Of a stretch of DNA of 64,000 bases, positions 42,798-53,079 are shown piece by piece (positions within the stretch are counted from its first letter, which is position 1; every line of letters begins with the position of its first letter). Source of the DNA: a virus; the IMG/VR virus record IMGVR_UViG_3300022188_000007, positions 1 through 64,000 of that record; one strand, 5' to 3'. The notes below the pieces were generated by a model. That model ran no database searches and was not told where the DNA came from. It saw only the letters and a list, made by a program, of their open reading frames with translations. The translations under genes were made by a program, and so were the position numbers.

Positions 42798-44542
42798 TGG
42801 CTAAACAACGCCACAATTTAGATGAATTAATGACACGAGGTAAAGAACTCATTGAGTTCTATAGAGCCCATCCTTGTGTAGCTGCTTATGAGTTGCTAGG
42901 TGTGGATTTCGCCCCCATACAGCGCTTGGTTTTTAGAGATATGTGGTTTAAAAACTATGTTATAGCAGTAGCTGGTCGTGGGTTTGGTAAAACTTTTATG
43001 CTGGGGTCTTTAGCTACATTAAGTTGTATGCTATATCCTGGCTATAGAGTAGGACTAATAGCACCAGTATTTAGACAGAGTAAGATGATCTTTGCAGAAG
43101 TAGAAAAATTATATGACCAGTCCTCTATCCTTAGAGAAGCCACCGCAAAAAAACCTACGCGTGGTTCAGACACAGCCTATTTAAGATTTAAATCAGTGGG
43201 AGGTAAAACACCTTCCTACCTTGAAGCGTTGCCTCTAGGTGACGGTAATAAGATTCGTGGGTCACGTTTCTATTTAATTCTAGTGGATGAGTTAGCACAA
43301 GTACCAGACCAAACACTTGATATGGTTGTGCGTCCAATGGGGGCTACATCGTTAGCACCTATGGAGCGTGTTCGTCGTTTAGAGGAGCAGACCAGACTTA
43401 TAAACGCTGGGTTAGCTGTGGCTGGAGACTTTGCAGAAGAAAAAGTAAATAAAATGGTAATGACTTCTTCCGGTTATTACAAGTTTAATCATATGTGGCG
43501 TAGAATGCAAGATCATTGGAGAATGATGGCAGAGGCAGAAGCTAAAGGTGAAGAGAGTGAGTATACTGTATGGCAAGTACCTTATTGGGATTTACCAGAA
43601 GGTTTTCTAGATAAAAAGAATATTGCAGAAGCTAAACGTATCATGAGTACCCATGAATATAGTATGGAGTATGAAGCTGCTATGGTATCAGATTCTGAAG
43701 GTTTTTTTAAAGCGTCACTCCTGGAAGAATGCACATTAGATTCTGATTTCACTATACTACATAAAGGTGACTCAAATAAGAGTTATATTATAGGCATTGA
43801 TCCTAATCAAGGTGGAGCGGCCAGCTGTGGTGTGGTAGTGACTGAGATAGGTAAACCTAATAAGATAGTAAGTGTAATAGAATTGATGTCTAAAACCACT
43901 CAAGGATTGACTCAGGCTGTTCAGGCTTTATGTGAACAGTTTAAGGTGCTTAGAATATTCATGGATAGAGGTGGTGGAGGTAAGGCCATAATGGATTTAT
44001 TGGAAGAAGGGTACGGTAATGTAGAGCCTATCATAGATAGGGGGAATCCTGATAACGTACACAAAGACGGTCGTCATATACTGGAAATGGTAAACTTTAA
44101 TCCTTCTTGGATTTCAGATGCTAACTTTACTGCTAAGTCTATGTTCGAAGATAAAAGCCTCAGGTTCCCAGAATTACCTGTTAATGCTAATGATTTAATG
44201 GCTAGAACTTATAATTCAATAATTACGCTGAAATCACAGCTATTAAGTATAGTAGTAACTCAGACTGCTACTGGTATTCTTCACTTCGATACACCAACTA
44301 AAAGTATGAATAAGGATTTATACTCTGCATTAATATTAGCTGCTCATGGTACTAGGATGGTAGAACGTGAATTAGAAGAAGGTGAGGAGCCAATTTTACA
44401 TAACGATAGTGGTCTTTTTAGAAACCGTTCAGGTCGCCAAAGCTTCAATTATTTAGGAGCCTTGGGAAGTACTGGATTAGGTGCTCCTCCTGTAGGAAGA
44501 TTTGGCTTAGGGGATGCTGTACTTCATAAGAAGAAAAAGTAA
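42797..44542 (+). CDS. terL: Terminase large subunit
   Basis: Walker A AGRGFGKT; APVFRQSK; IRG.R..ILVDE Walker B; coupling motif TSS; MEYEA; nuclease IGIDP..D..KDLYSA. Confidence 0.92.
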   Translation: MAKQRHNLDELMTRGKELIEFYRAHPCVAAYELLGVDFAPIQRLVFRDMWFKNYVIAVAGRGFGKTFMLGSLATLSCMLYPGYRVGLIAPVFRQSKMIFAEVEKLYDQSSILREATAKKPTRGSDTAYLRFKSVGGKTPSYLEALPLGDGNKIRGSRFYLILVDELAQVPDQTLDMVVRPMGATSLAPMERVRRLEEQTRLINAGLAVAGDFAEEKVNKMVMTSSGYYKFNHMWRRMQDHWRMMAEAEAKGEESEYTVWQVPYWDLPEGFLDKKNIAEAKRIMSTHEYSMEYEAAMVSDSEGFFKASLLEECTLDSDFTILHKGDSNKSYIIGIDPNQGGAASCGVVVTEIGKPNKIVSVIELMSKTTQGLTQAVQALCEQFKVLRIFMDRGGGGKAIMDLLEEGYGNVEPIIDRGNPDNVHKDGRHILEMVNFNPSWISDANFTAKSMFEDKSLRFPELPVNANDLMARTYNSIITLKSQLLSIVVTQTATGILHFDTPTKSMNKDLYSALILAAHGTRMVERELEEGEEPILHNDSGLFRNRSGRQSFNYLGALGSTGLGAPPVGRFGLGDAVLHKKKK

Positions 44543-44543
44543 T

Positions 44544-44568
44544 TAACTAACCTCTTTATTAAATAGAG
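44544..44568 (+). promoter_or_regulatory. Phage-specific upstream motif, copy 10, before the head operon
   Basis: TAACTAACCT-ctt-TATTAAATAGAG. Confidence 0.7.
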
Positions 44569-44582
44569 CGTTTAGAATAGAA

Positions 44583-44651
44583 TATGGTAGGGTTACAGTT
44601 AGTAGTGATGAAAATTAAGTTAAAGTCTACAAACACTGTTCCCCTACCATA
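44583..44651 (+). other. Long stem-loop in the leader of the head operon
   Basis: TATGGTAGGG..ACAGT..GTAG pairs with CTAC..ACTGT..CCCTACCATA. Confidence 0.55.
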
Positions 44652-44676
44652 ATATATATAAAAGGAGAAATAAACT

Positions 44677-44880
44677 ATGTCCGACGATAGAGTAAGAAAT
44701 GATTTTACTACACCTCCTTGGTGGACAACTCCCCCCTCAAATGATTATACCAAACATAGAACCGGTCCTATTACTTACACAATGGATGATCTTATTGGTA
44801 GAAAAGATACTAATAAATTTACACTGGTTACTTCTGATGTCACTACTGTATCAGGCAACCCAGGGACAGTTCTAATATAA
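44677..44880 (+). CDS. Small hypothetical (likely virion) protein
   Basis: AAGGAG RBS; first gene of the late operon; contains TTVSG. Confidence 0.6.
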   Translation: MSDDRVRNDFTTPPWWTTPPSNDYTKHRTGPITYTMDDLIGRKDTNKFTLVTSDVTTVSGNPGTVLI

Positions 44881-44891
44881 GGGATTAAGTA

Positions 44892-46883
44892 ATGACAAAC
44901 GATACCATAGACACACATAAACTTACAGCTGATTTACAGCAGAAATACCCTAATGCTGGGATAGAGTCTATAGAGATAGATGAAGTCTCAGGTAAGTCAA
45001 CTTTCATGCTCACTCCTAATAAACAGAATTTAGCTTTTCTGGATAAACCTGGGATGGCTATCACACCACACGTTCATTCTGAATCAGCTGCTACCGTTAA
45101 TAGGGATTTTATGTCCCGTCAAACACTCGATTTAGCCGTCAGTAAAAGTGCCTATGATGAAGACCCTAAAGCATTATTTAAGAAGGCAGATGAATTTTAC
45201 TATACTGACCCTTTACTAGGGTCTACTACTAATATTCTAGCATCGTTAGCTATGAAAGGTTTTGAAAATGATATTGATGATCCTAATATAAAACAATTCT
45301 TTGATACTTGGACGTTTGATGTCAATTTTGATGAGTTATTAGAGTGGATATTTTTAGACTTTTTTAAGATAGGGCAAGTTACTACTTATAAGGTATTAGC
45401 TAAATATGAACCAAGGGTTTCTCATCTATCTCCAGTCCCCGGCCAAAAAACAAAAACATCTAAATCACCGAAGGCAAAAGCAGAACAAGAGAGGTTATTT
45501 AAATTACACGCAAAGTTTGAAGACCTAAAAGATGTAGAGGTTAAGGCTATAGTGGCACAAGCAAAAGCTGCTGGAGTATCTCAAGTAGATTTAGCTAAAT
45601 TTGAGCAGGCAGCAAAGAAGAATATATGGTCAAAAGGACATTTACCTGTGGCGTACACAGTATTGAATCCTCAATTAGTTACTATTGAAGGTAATTTATT
45701 ATTTGATAATGTAGCAATTAAGTTAACCCCTCCTCAAGAACTAGGTCAATTACTTAAGAAACCCACATCAGAGTTAACAGAAGATGAAAAAGAATTGATC
45801 AAAGCATTACCTAAAGAAATCAAGTCGGCTGCTGAGAAGGGCGGAGATTTTCAGTTAGACTCAAGATTGGTAGGTTCAGTCACTTATAGAAAGCAACCCT
45901 ATGAGCGTTATGCTAGACCTAGATCAACTAGAGTATTTGATACCATTAATTACAAGCAGCAATTAAAGAATGCAGACATTAGTACATTAGATGGTATATC
46001 TAATTATATATTAAAAATTACTATAGGTAATGATGAGTTCCCAGTAACTAAACAGTCTGAATTAGAAACTGTGGCTAAACTTTTTGACACCCCATCCAAA
46101 TCATTTGATGTAGTATGGAATCATACATTAGATATACAGAAGATAGTTTCTCCTGAGATAGAGTCTATCCTAGGTCAAGATAAGTATAAACAAGTTAATG
46201 AAGATATGACTGCTGGTACTGCAGTATCTAGAGCTATTATAGATGGCTCTGGTGACATAAATACTGCTGAAGTAGGGCTACTTACTAAAGGTATAATGGA
46301 GGAAATTAACTATGCTAGACGTCAAGTAGAGAAGTGGATTTACAAAGAATACCGCCAGATTGCTGAGGCAATGGGTTTTGATCGCTTCCCTAAAATTAGA
46401 TGGGATGAGAGCGTTTTAAAGGACGAAGTGCTCTATATGGCAACTCTGAGTTCATTAGTTGATAGAAGAATGCTTAGTTATAATACAGCTTTGGAGGCAC
46501 TGGGGTTCGATTATGAAACAGAGCTTAAAAATATGCAGACTGAGTTACCACTAGTAGAGGATGGAATTTTTGGAATCATAGGATCGCCGTTTCAAAAGGC
46601 TGCTGAAGGTCCTGGGGTTCAACCTAAACAGAAATCACCTACTGGTACACCTAGTAAGGGTAGACCAGCTGGAGAAACAAAAACAAAGAAGAAACCAAAT
46701 ACCAATCCAAGTAAACAGCCTGGAAGTAAACCAGCAAAACCAAAAAAGACTGCCTCTATTGAGGATGTAAAAGATATGACTAATGAACAATACGCTGCAT
46801 TTCTTAGCGGAGCAAGAGGTGTACTAGATGCCAAAGAATACGCTAATTTTCTAGATTCAATGGGGGAGATTAGGTATGGGTAA
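44892..46883 (+). CDS. Portal protein
   Basis: Lies between the terminase and the protease; 663 aa; YY.DPL..GFEND pattern; basic/Pro-rich tail with GRP. Confidence 0.75.
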   Translation: MTNDTIDTHKLTADLQQKYPNAGIESIEIDEVSGKSTFMLTPNKQNLAFLDKPGMAITPHVHSESAATVNRDFMSRQTLDLAVSKSAYDEDPKALFKKADEFYYTDPLLGSTTNILASLAMKGFENDIDDPNIKQFFDTWTFDVNFDELLEWIFLDFFKIGQVTTYKVLAKYEPRVSHLSPVPGQKTKTSKSPKAKAEQERLFKLHAKFEDLKDVEVKAIVAQAKAAGVSQVDLAKFEQAAKKNIWSKGHLPVAYTVLNPQLVTIEGNLLFDNVAIKLTPPQELGQLLKKPTSELTEDEKELIKALPKEIKSAAEKGGDFQLDSRLVGSVTYRKQPYERYARPRSTRVFDTINYKQQLKNADISTLDGISNYILKITIGNDEFPVTKQSELETVAKLFDTPSKSFDVVWNHTLDIQKIVSPEIESILGQDKYKQVNEDMTAGTAVSRAIIDGSGDINTAEVGLLTKGIMEEINYARRQVEKWIYKEYRQIAEAMGFDRFPKIRWDESVLKDEVLYMATLSSLVDRRMLSYNTALEALGFDYETELKNMQTELPLVEDGIFGIIGSPFQKAAEGPGVQPKQKSPTGTPSKGRPAGETKTKKKPNTNPSKQPGSKPAKPKKTASIEDVKDMTNEQYAAFLSGARGVLDAKEYANFLDSMGEIRYG

Positions 46884-47577
46884 AAAACTTTCATATGAAT
46901 TTGTCAAATCACGGTTCGAGATTGAAGGTTACACACTTATTAGTACAGAGTACATAAATTCTACTACTAAATTGGAATTTATTTGTCCTAATGAGCATAA
47001 ACATTTTATTAAGTGGAATGATTTTAAATCAGGATATAGATGCGGTAAATGTTATGGTAATGTAAAATTGAGTATAAACGATATACGAAGTTCATTTAAA
47101 AAAGAAGGTTATACTCTTTTAAGTACTGTTTATACTAATGCTAGGTTTTATCTTGAATATAAATGTCCTAATGGGCACAAGGGAAAAATGATTTGGATAA
47201 ATTGGTATCAAGGGAATAGATGTGGTGAGTGTGAGAAGATTAGAAAATCAGAAAGCATGATTGGTAGTATGAATTTTAATTGGAGAGGTGGAATAGCTTA
47301 TGCGCCATATTGTTCCCAGTGGGGAGACAAAGAGTATAAAAAATTTATTAGAGATAGAGATGGTAATAGGTGTTTAAATCCTTGTTGTAATAACAAAGAT
47401 AAAAGATTAGTTATTCATCATATAGATTACAATAAAAAGAATTGTAGACCAAGTAATTTAATAACAGTTTGTAGTTCGTGTAATACTAAAGCTAATTTTA
47501 ATAGAAAGTGGCATGTTGCCTGGTACCAATCTATTATTAAAAAAAGATATAATATAGGAGCAATAAATGGATATTAA
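46876..47577 (+). CDS. HNH homing endonuclease with two N-terminal zinc-ribbon repeats
   Basis: EGY.L.S..Y..L.[FY].CP.[EG]H..W..G.RC..C x2; RDG..C..IHHIDYNKKNC..NLITVC.SCN. Confidence 0.85.
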   Translation: MGKKLSYEFVKSRFEIEGYTLISTEYINSTTKLEFICPNEHKHFIKWNDFKSGYRCGKCYGNVKLSINDIRSSFKKEGYTLLSTVYTNARFYLEYKCPNGHKGKMIWINWYQGNRCGECEKIRKSESMIGSMNFNWRGGIAYAPYCSQWGDKEYKKFIRDRDGNRCLNPCCNNKDKRLVIHHIDYNKKNCRPSNLITVCSSCNTKANFNRKWHVAWYQSIIKKRYNIGAINGY

Positions 47578-48682
47578 AAATAAATTTTATTTAACAGCCA
47601 GTATTAAAATGGCAGAAGAAACGGAAGCTTTAAAAAAAGAGGTAGCATCTGTAATAAATCTTCCAGAGGGTAGCGAAAAACAACCTGATTTAAGTTATTT
47701 TTCTGCTATCTTAGTATCCACCGGCACTAATTTAAATAATGCCTGCTTTTTAGGTAGTGAGTTGGTAGCTGCTAAGGATACTATAATTAGTAAAGCTATG
47801 GATGTAGAACATATTGAACATGAAATTATAGGACATATTTATTCTAGTGCTTTTACTGATGATGGTGGGGAAGCTTTAAGTACCATAGAATTAGCTTCTA
47901 CAGAGACAGCTACTTTGGATACAAAAGATATGCATATTCAGATAGGCTCTATTATATATAAAAGTAGATTTCCTGAATTATCCAAAGAAATAGCTAATGA
48001 TGAGTGGAGTGTAAGTATGGAGTGTTTTTTTAAGGACTTCGATGTTAAGATAGGTGACATGATCATCCCTAAAGAAGCAGCAACGGTTTTAGGAATAGAG
48101 ATAGCAGACGAAGCATCATACGGTAAATTTGCAAAAGTAATTAAAGACGGGAAAGAAGTAGCAGAAGGTACTATAGCTAGAGTATTAAGAGGGATATGTT
48201 TTTCAGGTTGCGGTATTGTAAAGAATCCAGCTAACCCTCCATCAGTTATTCTAGAAACAGCTACAGAGACTGTTAAGGACGACACAGTCATCTTTAATTT
48301 AGACTTACTAGAACCTACTACCACTGAGGAAGATACAGCTGAAAGTATTAATGTAACCTCTAAAGAGATAGAAGCACAACAAAAAGAAGAATCAGATTTA
48401 GAATATAATGACTCAGTAGGAATATGTGTGAGTTATAAAAAACGTCTTGAAGATAAAGATGGTACTTTATTGAATGAGGAATGGTGTGCAGAGTTTTCAC
48501 AAAGCTGCACTTCAACATTTCTAGGTGACGCTTCTGACCAAAGTTGTCTCAGAAATAAGGTAATGAAAACTGCAGCTTCATACGTTGAAAAACTTTTTAA
48601 AAGTAAACATTCAGAAAATACTACGGTAGCTTATCTGGAACGTTTACAGTCCGCTTTAGATAAAGCAGACAAAGTAATTTAA
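47567..48682 (+). CDS. Prohead maturation protease
   Basis: N.N.ACF..EL..DVEH..IIGH; VSMEC; F.G.GIV.NPANP.S.I; position after the portal. Confidence 0.7.
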   Translation: MDIKNKFYLTASIKMAEETEALKKEVASVINLPEGSEKQPDLSYFSAILVSTGTNLNNACFLGSELVAAKDTIISKAMDVEHIEHEIIGHIYSSAFTDDGGEALSTIELASTETATLDTKDMHIQIGSIIYKSRFPELSKEIANDEWSVSMECFFKDFDVKIGDMIIPKEAATVLGIEIADEASYGKFAKVIKDGKEVAEGTIARVLRGICFSGCGIVKNPANPPSVILETATETVKDDTVIFNLDLLEPTTTEEDTAESINVTSKEIEAQQKEESDLEYNDSVGICVSYKKRLEDKDGTLLNEEWCAEFSQSCTSTFLGDASDQSCLRNKVMKTAASYVEKLFKSKHSENTTVAYLERLQSALDKADKVI

Positions 48683-48706
48683 TTATTAGAATAAGGAGGA
48701 GTTAAT

Positions 48707-49132
48707 ATGCCACAATTAGGACAGGCTCAAACAGGGTCTCTTAGAAGTACACCTAAACAGCTAAAGATGACAGCATCTGACAAGGCTGCCGCAGTATACA
48801 AGAATATGGGCAATAACCATAATGTACCATTTATTTGGTCTGCATCGGCTACTGTATCTGGCACAGCCACAGAAGTAGAATTGGCTAATGGGCTTAAATT
48901 CTACGACATGGATCTTGCAAGTTACGCTGTTGTTACGGTGACTCCAACGTCTGACCCAGGTGATACTTATTGGGTAGAACATGATACAGGAGCCAATACT
49001 ATTACATTAGTAGTTGGCTCTGCTGTACCTGCGGATGTTGAATTTAATGTTATGTTTATGCTGGGTGCACCTATTGATGTAAGTACACTAAGCACTAGAG
49101 GATCTGGCGCACCTGCGCAAAGTTATCCTTAA
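48707..49132 (+). CDS. Virion structural protein
   Basis: Beta-rich, in the head operon; strong RBS. Confidence 0.6.
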   Translation: MPQLGQAQTGSLRSTPKQLKMTASDKAAAVYKNMGNNHNVPFIWSASATVSGTATEVELANGLKFYDMDLASYAVVTVTPTSDPGDTYWVEHDTGANTITLVVGSAVPADVEFNVMFMLGAPIDVSTLSTRGSGAPAQSYP

Positions 49133-49251
49133 ATAACGATTTAAAATGAATTAGTTAACGGTAAAGGATTTTAATTTGAATTAACCAGGTTGGTAACCTA
49201 AGAAGAAGAAAAATAACAATATTTTAATTATATAAGGAGGAAAACCTTACT

Positions 49252-49986
49252 ATGGAAGACGCATTAAAGCAAGACATTGAAAATTTAGTCAAAAACATCT
49301 TCTCTAATAAAGAGGAAGCTAGTCAAATGCAGAGAACACAAGATGCTCTTAATGAATCGGCAGAGACTATTGAAAGACTTACTCAGAACCTAGAAGATTC
49401 TAAGACAGAACTATCAGCAGCCAAGGATTCTACGAAAGAAGAAGTGGCTGAAAAAGATTCTAAGATTTCCGAACTTACTACTGAGCTAGAGGCAGCCCAG
49501 GCAAAGTTGGAAGAAACAGAGGCCAGTTTAACTGCTTCTGAAGAATCTTTGGACAATATGAAAAAAGACCAACTAGCAGAAGCTAGAATGGCCGAACTCC
49601 AAGAAGCTAAAGTAGCTATGGGGAGTGACCTGGAATCTCAAACAGCTAAAGTGAGAGAGTTTTCAGATGAAGAGTTCGCTACTTACAAGACTGATCGAAT
49701 TGAACTTCGTGATGCTGTAAAGAAAGAACTAGAGGCTGCAGCAACGGTTGCGGCTACTGAAACAAATACTGAAGGTGAAGAAGGAACAACTACTACTGAA
49801 GAAGCCGGTGAAGGAACCGTTTCTACTGAAGAAGAAGTTACTACAACCCCTGCAGAAGTAGCACCTGGCCAGGCAATGGCCGCTGCTATGAATTTTGAAA
49901 ATAAACCCTCAGATGATATGGTAAGTAAATATGAAGCAATGGGTAAAGCCATGGCTGCTAGTTTGTCACCTAAGTCTGATAATTAA
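49252..49986 (+). CDS. Capsid scaffolding protein
   Basis: Acidic coiled coil located before the decoration and capsid genes. Confidence 0.7.
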   Translation: MEDALKQDIENLVKNIFSNKEEASQMQRTQDALNESAETIERLTQNLEDSKTELSAAKDSTKEEVAEKDSKISELTTELEAAQAKLEETEASLTASEESLDNMKKDQLAEARMAELQEAKVAMGSDLESQTAKVREFSDEEFATYKTDRIELRDAVKKELEAAATVAATETNTEGEEGTTTTEEAGEGTVSTEEEVTTTPAEVAPGQAMAAAMNFENKPSDDMVSKYEAMGKAMAASLSPKSDN

Positions 49987-50004
49987 TAAGGAGGAAGAAA
50001 AGGT

Positions 50005-50634
50005 ATGTTTATTCCTAGACATTCAGTTGTAGAAAACCAATTTTGTAGCTATTCGGAAGATAATGCATTTGGCGGAGCCGGAACCGGCGACGTTGTTGCA
50101 TATGCGGGTTCAGTAATTTATCTAGACCCAACCGCAGCTAACGAGGAACCAATGGTTAAGGCAATGACAGGTGTTGTTACTGAAGCCCCTTTTGGTTTCA
50201 TGATGCAGAAAGTTAAGGTAGGGTACCATAATGTACATCCTACTGGATTTGTTATGCCAGGTGATTTGGGTTCTAGTGATGCTATTGCTCAACCATTATA
50301 TAGCGCTCAGGGTGCTATTGTAGGGCATAAGTCTGTACCAGTTGGCGTTGCTCATCTTGGTATTTTTGACACTGTTCACTATATCTGCGAAGCTACTGGT
50401 GGAACTGCTGATGAGAAAATGGCCCCAGGCCAGTCTCTATATGCAGGAGCTTTTCAGGCTAGAGTTACTAACTCTACTAACTCTACTCCAGCTACAGATG
50501 CTACCGGTCAGACCGGTGATAGAGCATCTAATACTGTTGTAGCTCGCGTTGTTAAAGGCGCAAGTTTGGCAAAATGCCAGGCTAATATGGATAATGTTAC
50601 ACTTTACCCAATTAGGGTAAAATTACTTGTTTGA
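50005..50634 (+). CDS. Head decoration / capsid cement protein
   Basis: Gly/Ala-rich beta protein directly upstream of the capsid gene; strong RBS. Confidence 0.65.
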   Translation: MFIPRHSVVENQFCSYSEDNAFGGAGTGDVVAYAGSVIYLDPTAANEEPMVKAMTGVVTEAPFGFMMQKVKVGYHNVHPTGFVMPGDLGSSDAIAQPLYSAQGAIVGHKSVPVGVAHLGIFDTVHYICEATGGTADEKMAPGQSLYAGAFQARVTNSTNSTPATDATGQTGDRASNTVVARVVKGASLAKCQANMDNVTLYPIRVKLLV

Positions 50635-50707
50635 TAAAAAAAATATTTGGATTAATGTGAATTTTAACACATCCAAAACTAATAAATATTAGGAGGAAAT
50701 ATATATA

Positions 50708-51775
50708 ATGGAAAGACAGGAAATGATGGAACTTTTCAAAGCTACTTCAGAGATAAATACTCCTGAAGGTATGGCAGCTTATCGTGCATTTGCTGCAGCT
50801 TTGACCACTCCAATCTTACAAAAAATTGAGTTGGACTCTATTATGAGAACACTCTTTACTGTGGAAAGACTAGGTCCAGGAGCACAGGCGGTATATCCTG
50901 TAGCAGAAGACTTCGAGATCCCTGTATGGGTTCTCCCAGGTCTTGGTTATGTAGCTCAGAACTTTATAGAAGGTATCGGAGAAGAGGTGTATGTACCTAC
51001 TTTTACGATTGATGCTGCTGCCGACTGGAAGATCACTTATGCGAGAGATTCGAGAATCGATATAGCATCTAGAGCTGCTAATCGTGCCGCAAAAGATCTA
51101 GCAAATTATGAGGAAGAATGTGGTTGGCGTGTAATTATGCCAGCAGCTACATCTGCTTTCTCGGGTAAAGGGCTGTTAGGGTCTAGACCCGCACCTATTT
51201 ATGAAATTAACCCTGCTGCACAGGGTGCCGGCTATCTATCTAAAGAACTTATTAATAAGATGATAGTAGGCTTTAAGAGAATTGGAAGAACTCTTACTGA
51301 TTTGTACGTATCCCCAGAGGATGCTGCAGATATCAGAGAGTGGACCGATACTGATATTGATCCAATCACTCGTAGAGAAATTTTCCAGGCGTCCGGTATG
51401 GGCAGTCTTTGGAATGTATCTCTCCATGAGATTCAGCATTTAGGCGCAACCGGAATGTTTAATATCAATGGTGATGGTTCTGCGTATGGTAAATTTGTGG
51501 CTCCAGGTAATGTCTATAATGGATATTCCATAGATAACCCGAATATTACTTCTGCTGATGGTACTGTAGGTACCCTTGGTGAAACTCAGATCCTTGGGTT
51601 TGATCTTAGTATGAATGATTCTCTCGTTATGCCTATTCGTAAAGAATATGAAGCGCATGACGATCCCACTCTACTCCGTGTACAGAAACAAGGTTTCTTT
51701 GGATGGGCAGAACTTGGTTTTGCTTGTCTCGATAGTAGGATGCTAGGTATGGGTATTATTGATCGTAGTTTATAA
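50708..51775 (+). CDS. Major capsid protein (HK97-like fold)
   Basis: 355 aa; follows protease, scaffold and decoration genes; V.VPTF.I..I..A..EE and GFFGW.E.GFA.LD patterns; hairpin downstream. Confidence 0.8.
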   Translation: MERQEMMELFKATSEINTPEGMAAYRAFAAALTTPILQKIELDSIMRTLFTVERLGPGAQAVYPVAEDFEIPVWVLPGLGYVAQNFIEGIGEEVYVPTFTIDAAADWKITYARDSRIDIASRAANRAAKDLANYEEECGWRVIMPAATSAFSGKGLLGSRPAPIYEINPAAQGAGYLSKELINKMIVGFKRIGRTLTDLYVSPEDAADIREWTDTDIDPITRREIFQASGMGSLWNVSLHEIQHLGATGMFNINGDGSAYGKFVAPGNVYNGYSIDNPNITSADGTVGTLGETQILGFDLSMNDSLVMPIRKEYEAHDDPTLLRVQKQGFFGWAELGFACLDSRMLGMGIIDRSL

Positions 51776-51797
51776 TATAAACTAATTTAATATAATA

Positions 51798-51836
51798 AGG
51801 TGCAAGGGTATGGGGTTTTCCCCATACCTTGTGCCT
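51798..51836 (+). terminator. Strong hairpin after the capsid gene (terminator or mRNA stabiliser)
   Basis: AGGTGCAAGGGTATGGGG-TTTT-CCCCATACCTTGTGCCT; no clear T-tail. Confidence 0.6.
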
Positions 51837-51853
51837 AAAAGGAAAAAGTATTA

Positions 51854-52165
51854 GTGATAGTTATATTGATAGAGATATTAATGACCGTAATATTTACTGA
51901 AGCTTTAACTGAATTGGTTGTTAAGTCTGAATTGTTTGAGCCTCTACGAAAACTACTATTTGAGTCCGACAGTAAAGTGTTAAATTTTATACATCGAATC
52001 TTAGATTGTGGTTACTGTTTCTCAGTTTGGGCTGCTGCATTCTCATCAATACTAATATTTACTTTAGATAATAAAATCATAGATTTTTTTATAATGTGTA
52101 TCATTGTACATCGTTTGTCCAACTTATTCCATTTTATAATGGATAGAGTACGGGGTAACGAATAA
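51854..52165 (+). CDS. DUF1360-like membrane protein
   Basis: S.LF.PLR..L.CGYC.SVW with TM helices. Confidence 0.65.
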   Translation: MIVILIEILMTVIFTEALTELVVKSELFEPLRKLLFESDSKVLNFIHRILDCGYCFSVWAAAFSSILIFTLDNKIIDFFIMCIIVHRLSNLFHFIMDRVRGNE

Positions 52166-52214
52166 AAGATAGAAAAGGACAAGGCTAAACTAAACAGAAA
52201 AGGAGAAGATTATT

Positions 52215-52706
52215 ATGGAAGGATTTGTAAAGAATAAATCATCAGAGTGGGCGTATGCAATGAAACGTTCAATACGACCTGGAGGTGAAGTTCCTCTAAA
52301 GGAATTATACGAACAATACGGCAAAAAATACGACATGGACCCTGGTGATGAGTTTGTAAAATGGTTAAAAGAGGTCAAGTTACAGAATTCAGATAGATGG
52401 GATATAGTATTTGACTTTAAAGATGTTAATAGTAAGACTGAGGCTGTTGTTGTTCAAGAAGCAACTCCAGTTAAAGTTACTAGTAATTCTTCAGATTCAG
52501 ATTTCACTTCCTCTGTAGCTATCAAACAGTTACAGGTAGAGGATGTAGTTAATCTTACGGTAAGAAAAGCTAGAGAGCTTTTACCGAGAGTAATGGATTT
52601 GAATTTATTAAAATATGCTTTGACAGAAGCAAGACAACTGACTGATAAAGACAGTTTATGTAGGTTACTACAGAAGAGAGTAAAAGAATTGCAGATTTCC
52701 AGATAA
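52215..52706 (+). CDS. Hypothetical protein (head-completion region)
   Basis: AAGGAG RBS. Confidence 0.6.
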   Translation: MEGFVKNKSSEWAYAMKRSIRPGGEVPLKELYEQYGKKYDMDPGDEFVKWLKEVKLQNSDRWDIVFDFKDVNSKTEAVVVQEATPVKVTSNSSDSDFTSSVAIKQLQVEDVVNLTVRKARELLPRVMDLNLLKYALTEARQLTDKDSLCRLLQKRVKELQISR

Positions 52707-52738
52707 ATATAATTAAAATAACAGGCGGGATAGTATAA

Positions 52739-53065
52739 ATGATTGTTTTAAGAAAAATCAACTCAAGATTAGTTGAAAAAACTATACAACCTGGACAGAC
52801 GGAAGAATTTTTTACTCTTGATTTGAATAAGTATGAAGCGTTTGATTGGAATGTAAAAATTCTAAGTGGTGGAAACAGCGGAATTACTAAAATTTCAAGC
52901 TTATACAATGATAATGTTATGGAATCTACAGCGTATGCTTTTTTAGGTAAAAGATTTAAAGCGGTCACTGATATTTCAGTGATTAATGGTACTCATTGCC
53001 AGTTGAAGATAACGAATAATGAGACAGAATTAATTAAATGTAGTGTTAAATTAAAAACTTTTTAA
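52739..53065 (+). CDS. Beta-domain structural protein similar to the C-terminal domain of 53080-55203
   Basis: Pattern ..A..W.V....[KE]I.....T.YA..G....D....GT...L.[IV].N. Confidence 0.5.
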   Translation: MIVLRKINSRLVEKTIQPGQTEEFFTLDLNKYEAFDWNVKILSGGNSGITKISSLYNDNVMESTAYAFLGKRFKAVTDISVINGTHCQLKITNNETELIKCSVKLKTF

Positions 53066-53079
53066 GGAGGAATTAAATT

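Noticed and set aside
48348-48375. Internal copy of the phage-specific motif (TAATGTAACCTCTAAAG) inside the protease gene
   Set aside because: It lacks the TA at the conserved position after AACCT and lies in coding sequence; too weak to count.
42797-51775. Inteins or group I introns in the terminase, portal or capsid genes
   Set aside because: The proteins have normal lengths and continuous motifs; the HNH at 46876 lies between genes, not inside one.
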